Source: Trypanosoma brucei
Lineage: Eukaryota
NCBI GenBank assembly: GCA_000002445.1
Contig: CM000208.1
Span: 2,368,001 to 2,432,000, forward strand
Direction: 5' to 3'
Length of the DNA: 64,000 nt
In this document: piece after piece, positions 53,425-63,392 of the stretch
How the letters are laid out: the number at the start of each line of letters is the position of its first letter
Position numbering within the stretch: position 1 is the stretch's first letter
Notes under the pieces: generated by a model
What the model saw: the letters and a program-made list of their open reading frames with translations, nothing else
Told to the model about the DNA's origin: nothing
The model's database searches: none
Program-made: the position numbers and the translations under genes

Positions 53425-56400
53425 ATGATGGCCAACAAGCGGTTGGGCCGACACGCCTCGTCGCTTCTCTCTCCTTACACGATGGTCCCAACGCCTATTG
53501 CGGCAACAGGGTCTTCATGTCTTTCACAGAGAACATCAGTGCCCTGCTCCCGCGCGGCACTCTTACAGGCCAAATGCTTTTCTTCTGAGAGACTCGCACG
53601 CCTGTTCGCGTTGGAGCTCAACAGAGCTCGAGCCGAGTACCGTCGCACTCCCACAAAGGCTCAGCAAGAGGCCTGCTTACGTACCATTGCAAGCGTGCCC
53701 CTTCAGCAGGTTCGTGGTCTTGATGGCAAGACGGTGGCACAGTGCTTAACCACCCTCGTGACGCTTGACGCACCAGCCGATATGCCAATTATTCATGATT
53801 GTGCGGTTTGGATTTCCGTACACCCTGACGCGTTGTCACCCCATTCACTCGCACAGTCACTTTACTCACTTGTGTGTCTAGAATACAGTGACTCGGCAAG
53901 TGTTGTGTGCGCTGTAAGGCAACAGCTGTTGAGTGCTATGGAGGATATGGCTGCCAGCAGCATTTGCATGGTGCTTGCTGCGGTGCTAACATCGTATGCC
54001 ACTCCAGCGCGGGGACAACTGGCAGCCGGCGCTGGGAAAGGGAGCGAAGAGGGAGTCAGCGGCACGTTACAACTCCCCATGGATATGTCTCAACTTGCAG
54101 AACGTGCACTGCCGTTCATGGACGAAAGCCTGGGCTTGACTGAGAAGGCGATGGTTGCTGTGGCACTTGGGAAGTACCTTTCTCAGACAGCTACAGCAAC
54201 CTGGACGGAGGGGCTTATTGCTGACCGTATAATGGCTCAGTTATCAGCGGTTGTATGGGGTTGTATCCCTGGTGCTGAACTCTCTGTTCTATCGATGGCT
54301 GATATTGTTGGTATCGTTTCTGTCTTGCATGTCGTGCCGTTACCAATCCGTGATTCAGTTGCAACTGCAGCTCTACAGGAACTGAAGACTCGTGTGTGTA
54401 ATCAGTCACTAGAGTCGTCACGAAGCGTTGTGCAAGTGGCCCGCGTCCTCAGTTGCCTCTGTAATGTTAATAGAGAGAGTGTGTACTACAGTGCCTCGCA
54501 GGATGTCTTGGAGAAGGTGGTTTCTGCACTAGAAGCATATGTTGCTAGTGATGCCATTACACTAGATGCCGCGGCGAAACTTCTGGAGGAGTTTTCCAAA
54601 ATCACCGGAAGTTCGATTGCAACGCCCCCTGCATTAACAAGGTACCTAGTACGCGCAATCAATGGCTCTAAGGAGAAATGGGATGCACAGTCGGTTCGTA
54701 CTGTTCTCAGTGTCTTTAGCAAAGATAGTAGTTTACAGGCAGATGCGCAAGCCCTTGCGACACGTCGTGTGGAGCTCATCAAATCGAAATGTACCGCAGG
54801 AGCGTCAGTGGACGCAAGCGATGTTGCTGCTTTGCTAGTGGAGGGTATTGTCGATCCGCATGCAGAGTTGCTTGCAGAGACAGTTACAAATAATATCAGC
54901 CGATGGAGTGTATCACAAGTTATGACATTCCTCCAGGCAGCTGCGCGTGTCAACGGTAAACCTACAAATGCTATTATGCGTGATGTGGCGTCGAAGCTGG
55001 TACCATGCATGGAAAAGGCCACAGCAGCGCAAGTTGCGGCAGTAATGTCATCTTACGGCCGTGCCCGTGTGAGGAATGATGCTTTCTGTGCTGCGGTCAC
55101 CAGTCGCGCTGCTCTATTAGGCCCAGAGCTGACCCTACAGCAAATAAGCACGATACTGGGAGGTCTTGCTGCCGTCGAGTATCGTGATACGAAGCTGTTT
55201 CTTGATGTGGCACCCACAGTTATCGCTCAATCTGCTACAGCTGACGCGACACAAACTGCCAATTTGTTAGCAGCATATGCCAAGATGCTTGTATGGAACT
55301 TCAAAGTGATTTGGTCACTCGCTGAGCGCGCATCGGTTATCCACGAACAGTTCACGTTAACACAGGTGTTTGCTGTGGTGACATCACTTAATCGCATGGA
55401 CGTACAGCACGACGTTTTGGTGCAAGCGTTGCTTCGGAAGGCGATCCGATGCGCCTCGGACGATCCCAACTTACCGCTTCCCGATGTGGTTATGATACTG
55501 AGTGCTTTCTCTCGCAGCGGTGTATGGGATGCTACCCTTTTCGCGGACCTAGGAAAGCGTGTGGTGCAGCAACAACAATCTCTAACACCGGAAGAGCTGG
55601 CAGAAACTTTGATGGCCTTTGCACGTGTCGGTCTCACCCAGTATAACATCTTTGACGAGCTGACACTTCGTGCTCTTGCCGTGGCCCCTACATGCTCACT
55701 TATGGCACTGGCGAACGTGTCAGTGGCGTACGCCACTATTGGGTGCAAGCATGAGGAGCTTTTTTCGATTATTGCAGATCGCTTCGTGAATCAAAAACTC
55801 GACGTTCCGGCTGTGACAATTGCCTCGGTTCTAAGCGCCTTCGCAGCGATTGGCATTCGGAACGATCGGCTCTTCATTGAGGCCATTCCACGCGTGCGCC
55901 ATGTCGGGCAATACGGGACGCCGAAGGATATAACAAATGTGGTGTACGCATATTCTCAAGTTGGCCTATGGCACTACAAATTGTTTGTAAGGCTTGCTGA
56001 CCGAGCGGTCCAGCTCCGTGGCGAGTTCCGTTGCGACCAGCTTGCGCGGCTGTTGGAGGCTTATGCCCGTGTTGACATGAGGTATGAAAAACTCTTTGTG
56101 GAATTCTCTCCACGTGTTCAAACAGTGGCCCATCTTCTTACAGCGGGCGAGATATCGACAGTTGTGAACGCCTACGCAAAGGTGCGTGTACTTGACACTG
56201 CAGTGTTTAAGGCTTGCGTTGACCGAGCGCAGGAGGTACTGAACTCATTCGAGCAGAGTGAAGCCGCACTGTTGGTGGGCGCGCTGCGAAAAGCAAAGTT
56301 CGATCATGAGGGTCTCGCAGTATCACTGGGAAAGATGTTCCCCGGTATGATGGCTTCACTCCAGCAAGTGGAGGACGAAGAAAGGGAAGTGGGCACAACT

Positions 56401-56499
56401 CCGGCGGGCGGCAACGAGGGTGACGAAACAATTTTGGTAAACTCGAACGATTTGGGGTCATCAGTGGTTGAGGCAGCCGATGGGGGAGCATCAGCGTGA
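53425..56499 (+). CDS. Heptatricopeptide-like (37-aa) helical repeat protein, FASTK/HPR-like; probable organellar RNA-binding protein
   Basis: A-[FY]-[AS]-x-[VI]-G registers recur at residues 694, 731, 768, 805, 842, 879 and 916, exactly 37 residues apart (AFSRSG, AFARVG, AYATIG, AFAAIG, AYSQVG, AYARVD, AYAKVR). Each is followed by a ...LF..L hydrophobic pattern. Looser copies extend back to about residue 430. N-terminus is presequence-like (MMANKRLGRHASSLLSPYTM). Confidence 0.6.
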   Translation: MMANKRLGRHASSLLSPYTMVPTPIAATGSSCLSQRTSVPCSRAALLQAKCFSSERLARLFALELNRARAEYRRTPTKAQQEACLRTIASVPLQQVRGLDGKTVAQCLTTLVTLDAPADMPIIHDCAVWISVHPDALSPHSLAQSLYSLVCLEYSDSASVVCAVRQQLLSAMEDMAASSICMVLAAVLTSYATPARGQLAAGAGKGSEEGVSGTLQLPMDMSQLAERALPFMDESLGLTEKAMVAVALGKYLSQTATATWTEGLIADRIMAQLSAVVWGCIPGAELSVLSMADIVGIVSVLHVVPLPIRDSVATAALQELKTRVCNQSLESSRSVVQVARVLSCLCNVNRESVYYSASQDVLEKVVSALEAYVASDAITLDAAAKLLEEFSKITGSSIATPPALTRYLVRAINGSKEKWDAQSVRTVLSVFSKDSSLQADAQALATRRVELIKSKCTAGASVDASDVAALLVEGIVDPHAELLAETVTNNISRWSVSQVMTFLQAAARVNGKPTNAIMRDVASKLVPCMEKATAAQVAAVMSSYGRARVRNDAFCAAVTSRAALLGPELTLQQISTILGGLAAVEYRDTKLFLDVAPTVIAQSATADATQTANLLAAYAKMLVWNFKVIWSLAERASVIHEQFTLTQVFAVVTSLNRMDVQHDVLVQALLRKAIRCASDDPNLPLPDVVMILSAFSRSGVWDATLFADLGKRVVQQQQSLTPEELAETLMAFARVGLTQYNIFDELTLRALAVAPTCSLMALANVSVAYATIGCKHEELFSIIADRFVNQKLDVPAVTIASVLSAFAAIGIRNDRLFIEAIPRVRHVGQYGTPKDITNVVYAYSQVGLWHYKLFVRLADRAVQLRGEFRCDQLARLLEAYARVDMRYEKLFVEFSPRVQTVAHLLTAGEISTVVNAYAKVRVLDTAVFKACVDRAQEVLNSFEQSEAALLVGALRKAKFDHEGLAVSLGKMFPGMMASLQQVEDEEREVGTTPAGGNEGDETILVNSNDLGSSVVEAADGGASA

Positions 56500-57065
56500 A
56501 AATCTTCAAATGAGTAAGATGAAAAATAGGGAAACATATTGCTTTCTATTTGGATGCAATATCCAACGCCCTTTTGCATACACACCGACTTTTCATCGTC
56601 GTTATACCTACAGGAACTCCTTTCACCTCCCCCATGAGCAAATGGTTCCGTGTTTGTTGCAAGAACTTTACTTATAAGATGTAAGTGTTGTAACTAGTGG
56701 TGTTCTTTATGTTGTTGTTCGCGGACCACATGGCGGATGAAGCTGTCTAAATTGCCCAACTACGGGGGAGTTGAATTGAAAGGTTCTAACTAACTCCGGT
56801 GCCGAAATCGGCTCACCCAGCACATATGCATGTGTGCATATTGCTGCTTGTCTTACCTTTTTTTATGTGCGTGGGTTTTCTCTTCGCGACCATTTGTTCG
56901 GCATTTCTGCGCGGCCCATCGTGCGGCAGACGTTTACCCATTCTGGTACGCACTTTACTTTTTTCAACATCGGTTTCACCTTTGTTCAAGGTTTTTTCTA
57001 CGCTTTCCGAAACTCTTTTTACCTGTATTCCAGGGCCGAAGCTTATCCAGATAATAAATAGGGCG

Positions 57066-58091
57066 ATGAGCTCAAGGAACTGCAGCCTTTCGCAAGGTAG
57101 GTTACTCTCCCGGCAGAAGCGCCCACTAGTTGTGGCACAGTTTCTCAACAAAGTTCCAATAGAAGACCGTCATGCGGCTACAAATGCGCTGCTTTGCCTG
57201 GGACTCCGCGCATACAAGATGGTCCACGCCACCACCCCTCCAGATATGCAAACACTACGGTCTGCGGTTTCTGCGGAGATCTCCGCGGTAGCCAGCGGAT
57301 CTGAGGGCTTAAATGACCAAAAGATAGATGAAGGTACAGCAAGCGGGCGCCAGCGGGGGGCTGTAGATGACGTTGATGCGTTTCTGTTTGCACGCCGCGA
57401 ACGCGGACAGGCGCCTTCATCCTCGCCCCCTGTGGATAGGCGTTTGGAGGGAAATACGGAAGAGGAGGAGTTTTACACGCGTATCGAGAGTGTAAGAAAT
57501 GTTGGCGAACCCTCATACCACGATAGAATGCCCCAGTTGATGGAGGATGTTGATGTATATTCTTCAAGTAAGAGCGGTGCGGACACCAGGGCGCTGAATC
57601 GATTGGCTGGCGACGGAGGTGAAAGCGACAGAGCTGCGGGCAAATCGGGGTGCTTCACTGATGTGCTTGATTTTGTTACGAACTGTGCCGTAGGAAGTTT
57701 GTCATTGTGCACTCCGACGCGCTGTCGAGAAGCAGCGAATGTCAGCTCCTCCCCACCCGCTAACTGTTACAACGCTCCAGGTTCCGAACAACCCAACATG
57801 GGACACGCTTCACCACTACGTGCGAGTGGAAGCCAAGACCTCCCTCTCGGTGGAATGAAAGAGTTTAACATGAACACAGTGGTGCCGTTGCTGGACGATA
57901 ATGGTGTTGTTTATCCTGTTGAATTCATTCACCATCTAATGGCCCGCATCAAAAGCACACGCGGCGTGCGGGAAAACCCCATTCTTGTTGCGGCCTACAT
58001 GCCACAGTCGTTGGCTGTCTACACATTGCAGGGAAGCTTTGGGGATCTTTACAGAAGCCTTTTGGTTTCCTACCATGTTTCCATGTGGTGA
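57066..58091 (+). CDS. Hypothetical protein (ORF-track frame 56799..58091; start taken as the first Met after the pyrimidine-rich leader)
   Basis: The first 89 codons of the track ORF are translated from a polypyrimidine-rich stretch and are probably UTR. The remainder is a Ser/Ala/Gly-rich protein with no recognisable domain. Low confidence that it is a real gene. Confidence 0.3.
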   Translation: MSSRNCSLSQGRLLSRQKRPLVVAQFLNKVPIEDRHAATNALLCLGLRAYKMVHATTPPDMQTLRSAVSAEISAVASGSEGLNDQKIDEGTASGRQRGAVDDVDAFLFARRERGQAPSSSPPVDRRLEGNTEEEEFYTRIESVRNVGEPSYHDRMPQLMEDVDVYSSSKSGADTRALNRLAGDGGESDRAAGKSGCFTDVLDFVTNCAVGSLSLCTPTRCREAANVSSSPPANCYNAPGSEQPNMGHASPLRASGSQDLPLGGMKEFNMNTVVPLLDDNGVVYPVEFIHHLMARIKSTRGVRENPILVAAYMPQSLAVYTLQGSFGDLYRSLLVSYHVSMW

Positions 58092-58356
58092 GAACGAGAT
58101 GTTCCTTAGTCTAGTCGGGGATGCGCTCCAATTTCCTCATGTATTGTTTCGGATGTTTTTTGCTCAAAGGATGCTGTTTCCACTTGCATGTCCCCCACCT
58201 AAGTCCGTTATAAAGTTTTGTGTTTTTCTCACAGTTCATCGTTTCTTTTCTACCCCTTCAACATTGATAACAAAAGTGTGCTCGGCTGTTCGCATTATCA
58301 GTGGCGGCGAGGGAGGTGCAGAGAACGGAGACTACTTCCGTAAGTCTTTGAATATA

Positions 58357-58962
58357 ATGACTGACGCCAGTAAAACAACCAAATCTGTTGAGAACGCTAA
58401 TATCCCCACGTTGACATTTGTCACGGGGAATGCCGGTAAGCTTCGCGAGGTGCAGGCCTGCCTTGGCGGCTACGTCACGACCGAATCGGTGAAATTGGAC
58501 CTTCCAGAAATACAGGCCTCATCGGTTTCACGAGTGAGTCGAGAGAAGGCTCTCCTTGCGTACGAACGGCTAAAGAAGCCGGTGCTCGTAGAGGACACTG
58601 GGCTGTCTTTTGAGGCTCTGGGAGGAATGCCCGGTCCATATGTCCGTTGGTTCCTCGACGCTGTTGGACCTATTGGACTCGCCAAAATGCTCAACGGCTT
58701 CGAGTCCCGCAGCGCTCAGGTGGACTGCGTCTTCACCTACTGCGCCTCACCGGGAGAAGTGCTTCAGTTCATCGGGAGCAGTCGCGGCAGTATTTCAATG
58801 GTACCACGTGGCGAAGGTGGTTTTGGGTTCGACACCATTTTTATGCCAGACGATGGCAATGGGCAAACATTTGCAGAGATGTCGGCAAGCACAAAAAACA
58901 CAATATCACATCGGGCCAGAGCACTGGTGGAAGTAAGGAAGCATTTTGAAAATAGCAAATAG
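58357..58962 (+). CDS. Inosine triphosphate pyrophosphatase (ITPase, Ham1/Maf family)
   Basis: LTFVTGNAGKLREVQ (N-terminal Ham1 motif), KPVLVEDTGLSFEALGGMPGPYVRWF (substrate-binding loop) and RGSISMVPRGEGGFGFDTIFMPDDGNGQTFAEM (C-terminal Ham1 motif). The ORF-track entry 57985..58962 carries a 124-codon upstream extension with no similarity, so the start is placed at MTDASK. Confidence 0.8.
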   Translation: MTDASKTTKSVENANIPTLTFVTGNAGKLREVQACLGGYVTTESVKLDLPEIQASSVSRVSREKALLAYERLKKPVLVEDTGLSFEALGGMPGPYVRWFLDAVGPIGLAKMLNGFESRSAQVDCVFTYCASPGEVLQFIGSSRGSISMVPRGEGGFGFDTIFMPDDGNGQTFAEMSASTKNTISHRARALVEVRKHFENSK

Positions 58963-59754
58963 GGTGCTGTTGTTGGTGTGGTGATCGACATGGGAAACGA
59001 CACACTGAGGGAAGTTGATGCGGTTGTGGTATCGTTGCGCCTCGTATGTGTGACTTTGGTGCGGACTCATTGGTTCTACAGTCGGCCACGATCATACCAG
59101 GACTCCATGGTTCGATTTGAGTTTGGTGGAAAAGTGTACTGCTCCCCGTCATTTGAGGGGCAGTGAAAAGCAGGGAATGGGATGTTCACCCGTAGAAAAG
59201 ACAAATGCGGAAACTGCAGCTTTAAACAAGATTCTGAGGTTCTTTAAGTTTTTTTTTGTGTGTGTGCACGACAGCGTCATGCAAGGAAGCGATGACTCCA
59301 ATCGACTTCACACGCGTGCACCGTGTTGCGTCGGAAGCAAGCCACACAGCTACTCTTACCCTCCGTCGATAGGCCGTGTCCGAGGCATGTGGGAAGGTTA
59401 CCGCACGTTGGATTGTTGATATGATCTTGTGGTTTGGTGCTCGTACTTATTGGAGTGGAGCACTTCTCGCGGCTGCGGCAACGGATTGCTCCTCATACAA
59501 CCCATCTAACTGACTCTCTTTTACCTATCGCACATTTTCCCACATGTATACCTTAACTTCATCTCCTGTCCTTAGGATCAACTAAAGGGGGAACTAAAAA
59601 AGGAGTGCAAAGAAACTTCCCGGGTGTATCGCGGAAGAAAACAAGGCGAAAAGCAAGTGAAGTATTGTTGGAAAGATCATACCCACACGTTCCTGTAGTA
59701 GGTAACCATCTGACATTTTGGAATTGCAATTTTTCCCATTCCTCGGCCGATATA

Positions 59755-60978
59755 ATGCAACGCTGCACACCAGTTTTGCTTTTGCTGCTGTGCTCTCTCT
59801 TAACCCTTCCCAATGATACGGTTGCACGGCCCAAGATGAGTCGAAGAGAACTGAGAAGATATCTCCCTCGGGAACCACCAGCAGAGCCCTCATTTCATCA
59901 CCTTCGAAGCGTAGTCTTGCTTCAACGCACCGGAAGTGAGAAGGATTCAGTATCAGAGTGTAATGGAGAAACTCCATTTCCCACGGGAGAACCGGTTTTG
60001 GTCAACACAACACTGGCCGACGGCACCAAACGTCGGTTCGTCATCTACGTTCCTAGTTCATATGCCGAGCGGAAAGAAAAGGTTAGCCTGAAACTTCTAT
60101 TTCATGGCCTTGCGGGTGATTGTGCCACCTTTCTTAACACTACAGGTTTCATTCCGCATGCAGAAAAGGATGGCTACATCTTAGCGAGTGCTTGTGGAAC
60201 TTCCAGTTTGATGGGTGCTGGATGGAACGCCGGTGAGTGTTGCCTTTTCTTTAATGGCGCCGCCCCTAATGACACTGAGTTCGCGAAACACATCATCGAT
60301 GTTGTATCATCCAAGGCGTGCGTGGACCGGAATAAGATAATGTCGGTCGGTTACAGCAATGGGGCAATGCTGTCCGAATTGCTTGCTTGTCAGAACCCTC
60401 CTATTGTGCGAGCCGTCGCTTCTGTTGCCGGCACTCTGGCAATGTCTCCGGGTGGCGAAGGCGGTATCGCAGCGTGTGCAAAGATGTTGCGGGGTGGTGA
60501 AAGCGGCTGCAGGACTAGCATATTGAAGATTAATGGCATGCGCGATGGGTACGTCCCATTTCGTGGGAGTTCTTTTCTCAATTTACCGGCCATTTCTGAA
60601 AATGTCAAGGGTTGGGTCAGTGCCAACGGCTGCCGCGGACGCGGAGTCACAACAATTAGCAATAGCAAGTTTCGGAACAAGGTGTACAATGATTGCAGTA
60701 GCGAAAACGGTGTGCTTTATCGGTTCTGGTGCTTCATACACCGACTGGCACATTTTCCTACTGGATTAGGGAGCAAAAAGAGTACCGATGTGAATACTAG
60801 TGATGCCAATGAAAAAGATGCAACTGGTGAAGATGCTCCAGCAACCGAGACTTGTAAAAAAACTGTTGTCGAGTCGGTTTATGCGTTGGAGGGTACTCAC
60901 GAGTGGCCCAATAAAGAAAATTTCTCGGCAACGGCCTATATATATGAATTCGGAAAGCGTGTACTCGGCAGTTATTGA
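59755..60978 (+). CDS. Secreted alpha/beta-hydrolase esterase of the PHB-depolymerase / LpqC (esterase_phb, CE1-like) family
   Basis: Signal-peptide-like N-terminus MQRCTPVLLLLLCSLLTLPNDTVARP. Family pattern RRFVIYVPSSY...LLFHGLAGD...DGYILASACG...AGWNAGECC...DRNKIMSVGYSNGAMLSELLACQ with the nucleophile elbow G-Y-S-N-G. The ORF-track entry 59605..60978 has a 50-codon upstream extension before this Met. Confidence 0.6.
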   Translation: MQRCTPVLLLLLCSLLTLPNDTVARPKMSRRELRRYLPREPPAEPSFHHLRSVVLLQRTGSEKDSVSECNGETPFPTGEPVLVNTTLADGTKRRFVIYVPSSYAERKEKVSLKLLFHGLAGDCATFLNTTGFIPHAEKDGYILASACGTSSLMGAGWNAGECCLFFNGAAPNDTEFAKHIIDVVSSKACVDRNKIMSVGYSNGAMLSELLACQNPPIVRAVASVAGTLAMSPGGEGGIAACAKMLRGGESGCRTSILKINGMRDGYVPFRGSSFLNLPAISENVKGWVSANGCRGRGVTTISNSKFRNKVYNDCSSENGVLYRFWCFIHRLAHFPTGLGSKKSTDVNTSDANEKDATGEDAPATETCKKTVVESVYALEGTHEWPNKENFSATAYIYEFGKRVLGSY

Positions 60979-61110
60979 GATGCTGCTTGTGTTAGTGGAA
61001 AAGTTCGAACGTAAAACCCACCGTTTTATCCGTCTTCTTCCTTTTATTTTAAATTCGAATTGAACTAGAAGGAAGGAGCTCAAGAAAGAAAAATGGTAAT
61101 TTGTTATAGT

Positions 61111-61135
61111 TTGTGTTTGTGTGTGTGTGTGTGTT
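61111..61135. repeat. (TG)n microsatellite
   Basis: gtgtttgtgtgtgtgtgtgtgtttatt read directly. Confidence 0.85.
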
Positions 61136-61749
61136 TATTCTCATGTTAATGTTCATTCTTGTTTTAACCTGTTAACAACAACTGTAATTAGTACTGTTGT
61201 GACAAGTATTTTATTATTTTTTTTCGGTGTGGCGGTAGCGAGAATAACAAATTTTCCTCTCCCTTTCCTCCCTCAGTTTGTCCCCCTTTTTTTAATTTCA
61301 CCCGTTAAGTTAGACGTAGCAAATGTGTAGGGCATGTTGTAAAATCATTATTATACGAGCGGGTTTTAAGACATGTGGTCGTTGTATTAACCTACGGTTT
61401 CGTTCCCTTGATTGAGAATGAAGCTGTAGAGATGGGAGTTAATGTTAATGAAAACGTCAGAACGGGAGTAACCTCACGGTAACACAAATCACGTTGCGAG
61501 TGGGCTGCCGGAAAGAAAAAAGGAAAAGTATAAAATAAAACAATACAAAACGAAAAAAAGAAACGGGGATGGGAGCTGAGGAAACGCGCTAATCTTCCTT
61601 CCTGCCTGCGGGAGGGGTGTTGGTAATCATGATGATAATAGTAATAACCGTGAAGATTGTAATGGTAGAGCTTGGGGACGCGTAACGAGCGGTATTGGTT
61701 TCCCCTTTTGTTGTTTTTGTTATTACTACTTATTTGTTGGAGTACCTAC

Positions 61750-61820
61750 CGTGGTTGTGTTTTTTTTTGTTATTTCTTCGGTTGTGTTTTCTCCACTTAG
61801 GTCGCTTCTTTACTTCGCGT
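61750..61820 (+). promoter_or_regulatory. Polypyrimidine tract upstream of MRT4
   Basis: tgtgtttttttttgttatttcttcggttgtgttttctccacttaggtcgcttctttacttcg, about 280 nt upstream of the ATG at 62095. Confidence 0.4.
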
Positions 61821-62094
61821 GCCAAGGAACAACTGAGAGACTTGCCACCACTTTCGCCACGAGTGAATATGGTGTTCATGATCGAATGAAGGGAAGCATG
61901 TGAGATTGTAAGGAAGCGATCAAAGCAAACGTGGGGTAATCTTATCTGTTTTCATTAACCGCGCTATTATAAATATGAAGTTCATTTTTCTTTAAATATC
62001 TGCGATCGCTAATGCTAAACATCATATTATCACTGCTGTTATTATTTTATTCAAAGTGAGCTGACGGCACTAGCGGTGGCAGTAGGAGGGAAAC

Positions 62095-62775
62095 ATGCCA
62101 AAATCGAAGCGAGCTACGATTGTCCCACTTACGAAGACGCGTTCGAAAACGCGTGAGGAGAAGGATGAACTTATCAACAAAATTCGCGATGCACTCGACG
62201 ACTACACGGATGTTTATACATTCGAGCTCTCTAACATTCGCACGAACATCCTCCAGCAAATACGCGAGGAAAGGCGCAATGACAGCCGCCTCTTTCTCGG
62301 AAACAACAAGCTCCTTATGATCGCTCTTGGCCGAGACGACTCCAGTTCGCAGAGACCTAACCTACATAAGCTCAGTAAGTACCTTACCGGTTCATGCGGA
62401 CTGCTCTTTACCAACCTCCCTCATCAAGATGTGAAGGAGTACTTCAAGGGTGTCAGTGCGGACGTGTTTGCTCGGACTGGGCAAGTTGCAACTTGTCCCT
62501 TGCTTTTGCGTACGGGGCCTCTCGCACAGTTTCCACACAGCATGTTTGATCACCTCTCACGTCTCGGGCTTCCCATCAAACTGGACAAGGGGGTCATTGT
62601 TCTGCTGCGCGACACGACAGTGTGTGAAGTGGGCGACACTCTTACGGCGGAGGCTGCTCAACTTTTGAAGTTGTTTGGCATTCAGTCAGCGGAGTTTAAA
62701 CTAGAGCTAACAGCCCATTGGGCGAAGGGTGTCGTCAAACGAATGTCAAAGAAAAAGAAGGAGGAAGAAAATTAA
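62095..62775 (+). CDS. MRT4: mRNA turnover protein 4 / ribosome assembly factor MRT4 (uL10/P0-like)
   Basis: MPKSKRATIVPLTKTRSKTREEKDELINKIRDALDDYTDVYTFELSNIRTNILQQIREERRNDSRLFLGNNKLLMIALG matches the MRT4 N-terminus (MPKSKR.K.VSLTKT.KKG.E.K..L...IR..VD.Y...FVF...NMRN..LKD.R.E.K.SR.FFGKNKVM..ALG). Basic K/E tail. Confidence 0.8.
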   Translation: MPKSKRATIVPLTKTRSKTREEKDELINKIRDALDDYTDVYTFELSNIRTNILQQIREERRNDSRLFLGNNKLLMIALGRDDSSSQRPNLHKLSKYLTGSCGLLFTNLPHQDVKEYFKGVSADVFARTGQVATCPLLLRTGPLAQFPHSMFDHLSRLGLPIKLDKGVIVLLRDTTVCEVGDTLTAEAAQLLKLFGIQSAEFKLELTAHWAKGVVKRMSKKKKEEEN

Positions 62776-63392
62776 AGAGTGTCAGTGGGTGCAGCTACAA
62801 GAACAGGCAAAGAAAAATGGGTTCGCACAGTAGGGGTCTGAGAGCAGCGAGGAAACAGGGGAACAGCGGGGAATGCTGCGCGTCATTCTTGGGGTGAGGT
62901 TCGGTCCTGGGAATTGCCGGTTTTCACTACCTGTTGTCTTTAAAACTATAACGAGTAAATTAGTAAAGAGAAAACGAAAGGGGGTAAGAAAGACCACCAC
63001 CCTGTTCTTCTTAAACTCCGCTTTCGCAGCGCCATAAACCCCAGTAATATCAACTCTTTCATCATTCACATTTCTTATTATTGTGTATATGCTCACCTTA
63101 CACGTGAGAAGAACCGTAGGATATAAAAACCCGGCCAAACAGGTAACAAGGAAAGAGCTGTTTCGTCAAGATAGTACGGGTCGACGTTTTGTAAATTTGG
63201 AGTCCCATTCTCTGTGTTAGGATCAGAGGAAGCGACAAGCACATAACAACGGCAGACCCTCGATAAGACTAAACGTTAACTTCTCCGTCTCTGTTCTTAC
63301 GCAACCACGACGCCATCGACGACGTGGCCTCAGCGGTTGGGAGCATCATATACACCAAACGTAACGCCGGAGCGTGAGGTTTGGAAGATATC

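Noticed and set aside
54486-55748. Minus-strand ORFs of 170-180 aa (54486..55022, 55227..55748; similarly 42103..42618 and 17060..17501) suggesting antisense genes
   Set aside because: All lie entirely inside well-supported + strand CDSs and encode Ser/Ala/Thr/Arg-rich low-complexity peptides. Such ORFs are expected on the antisense of GC-balanced coding sequence. Kinetoplastid transcription units are strictly unidirectional, and this window has no strand switch.
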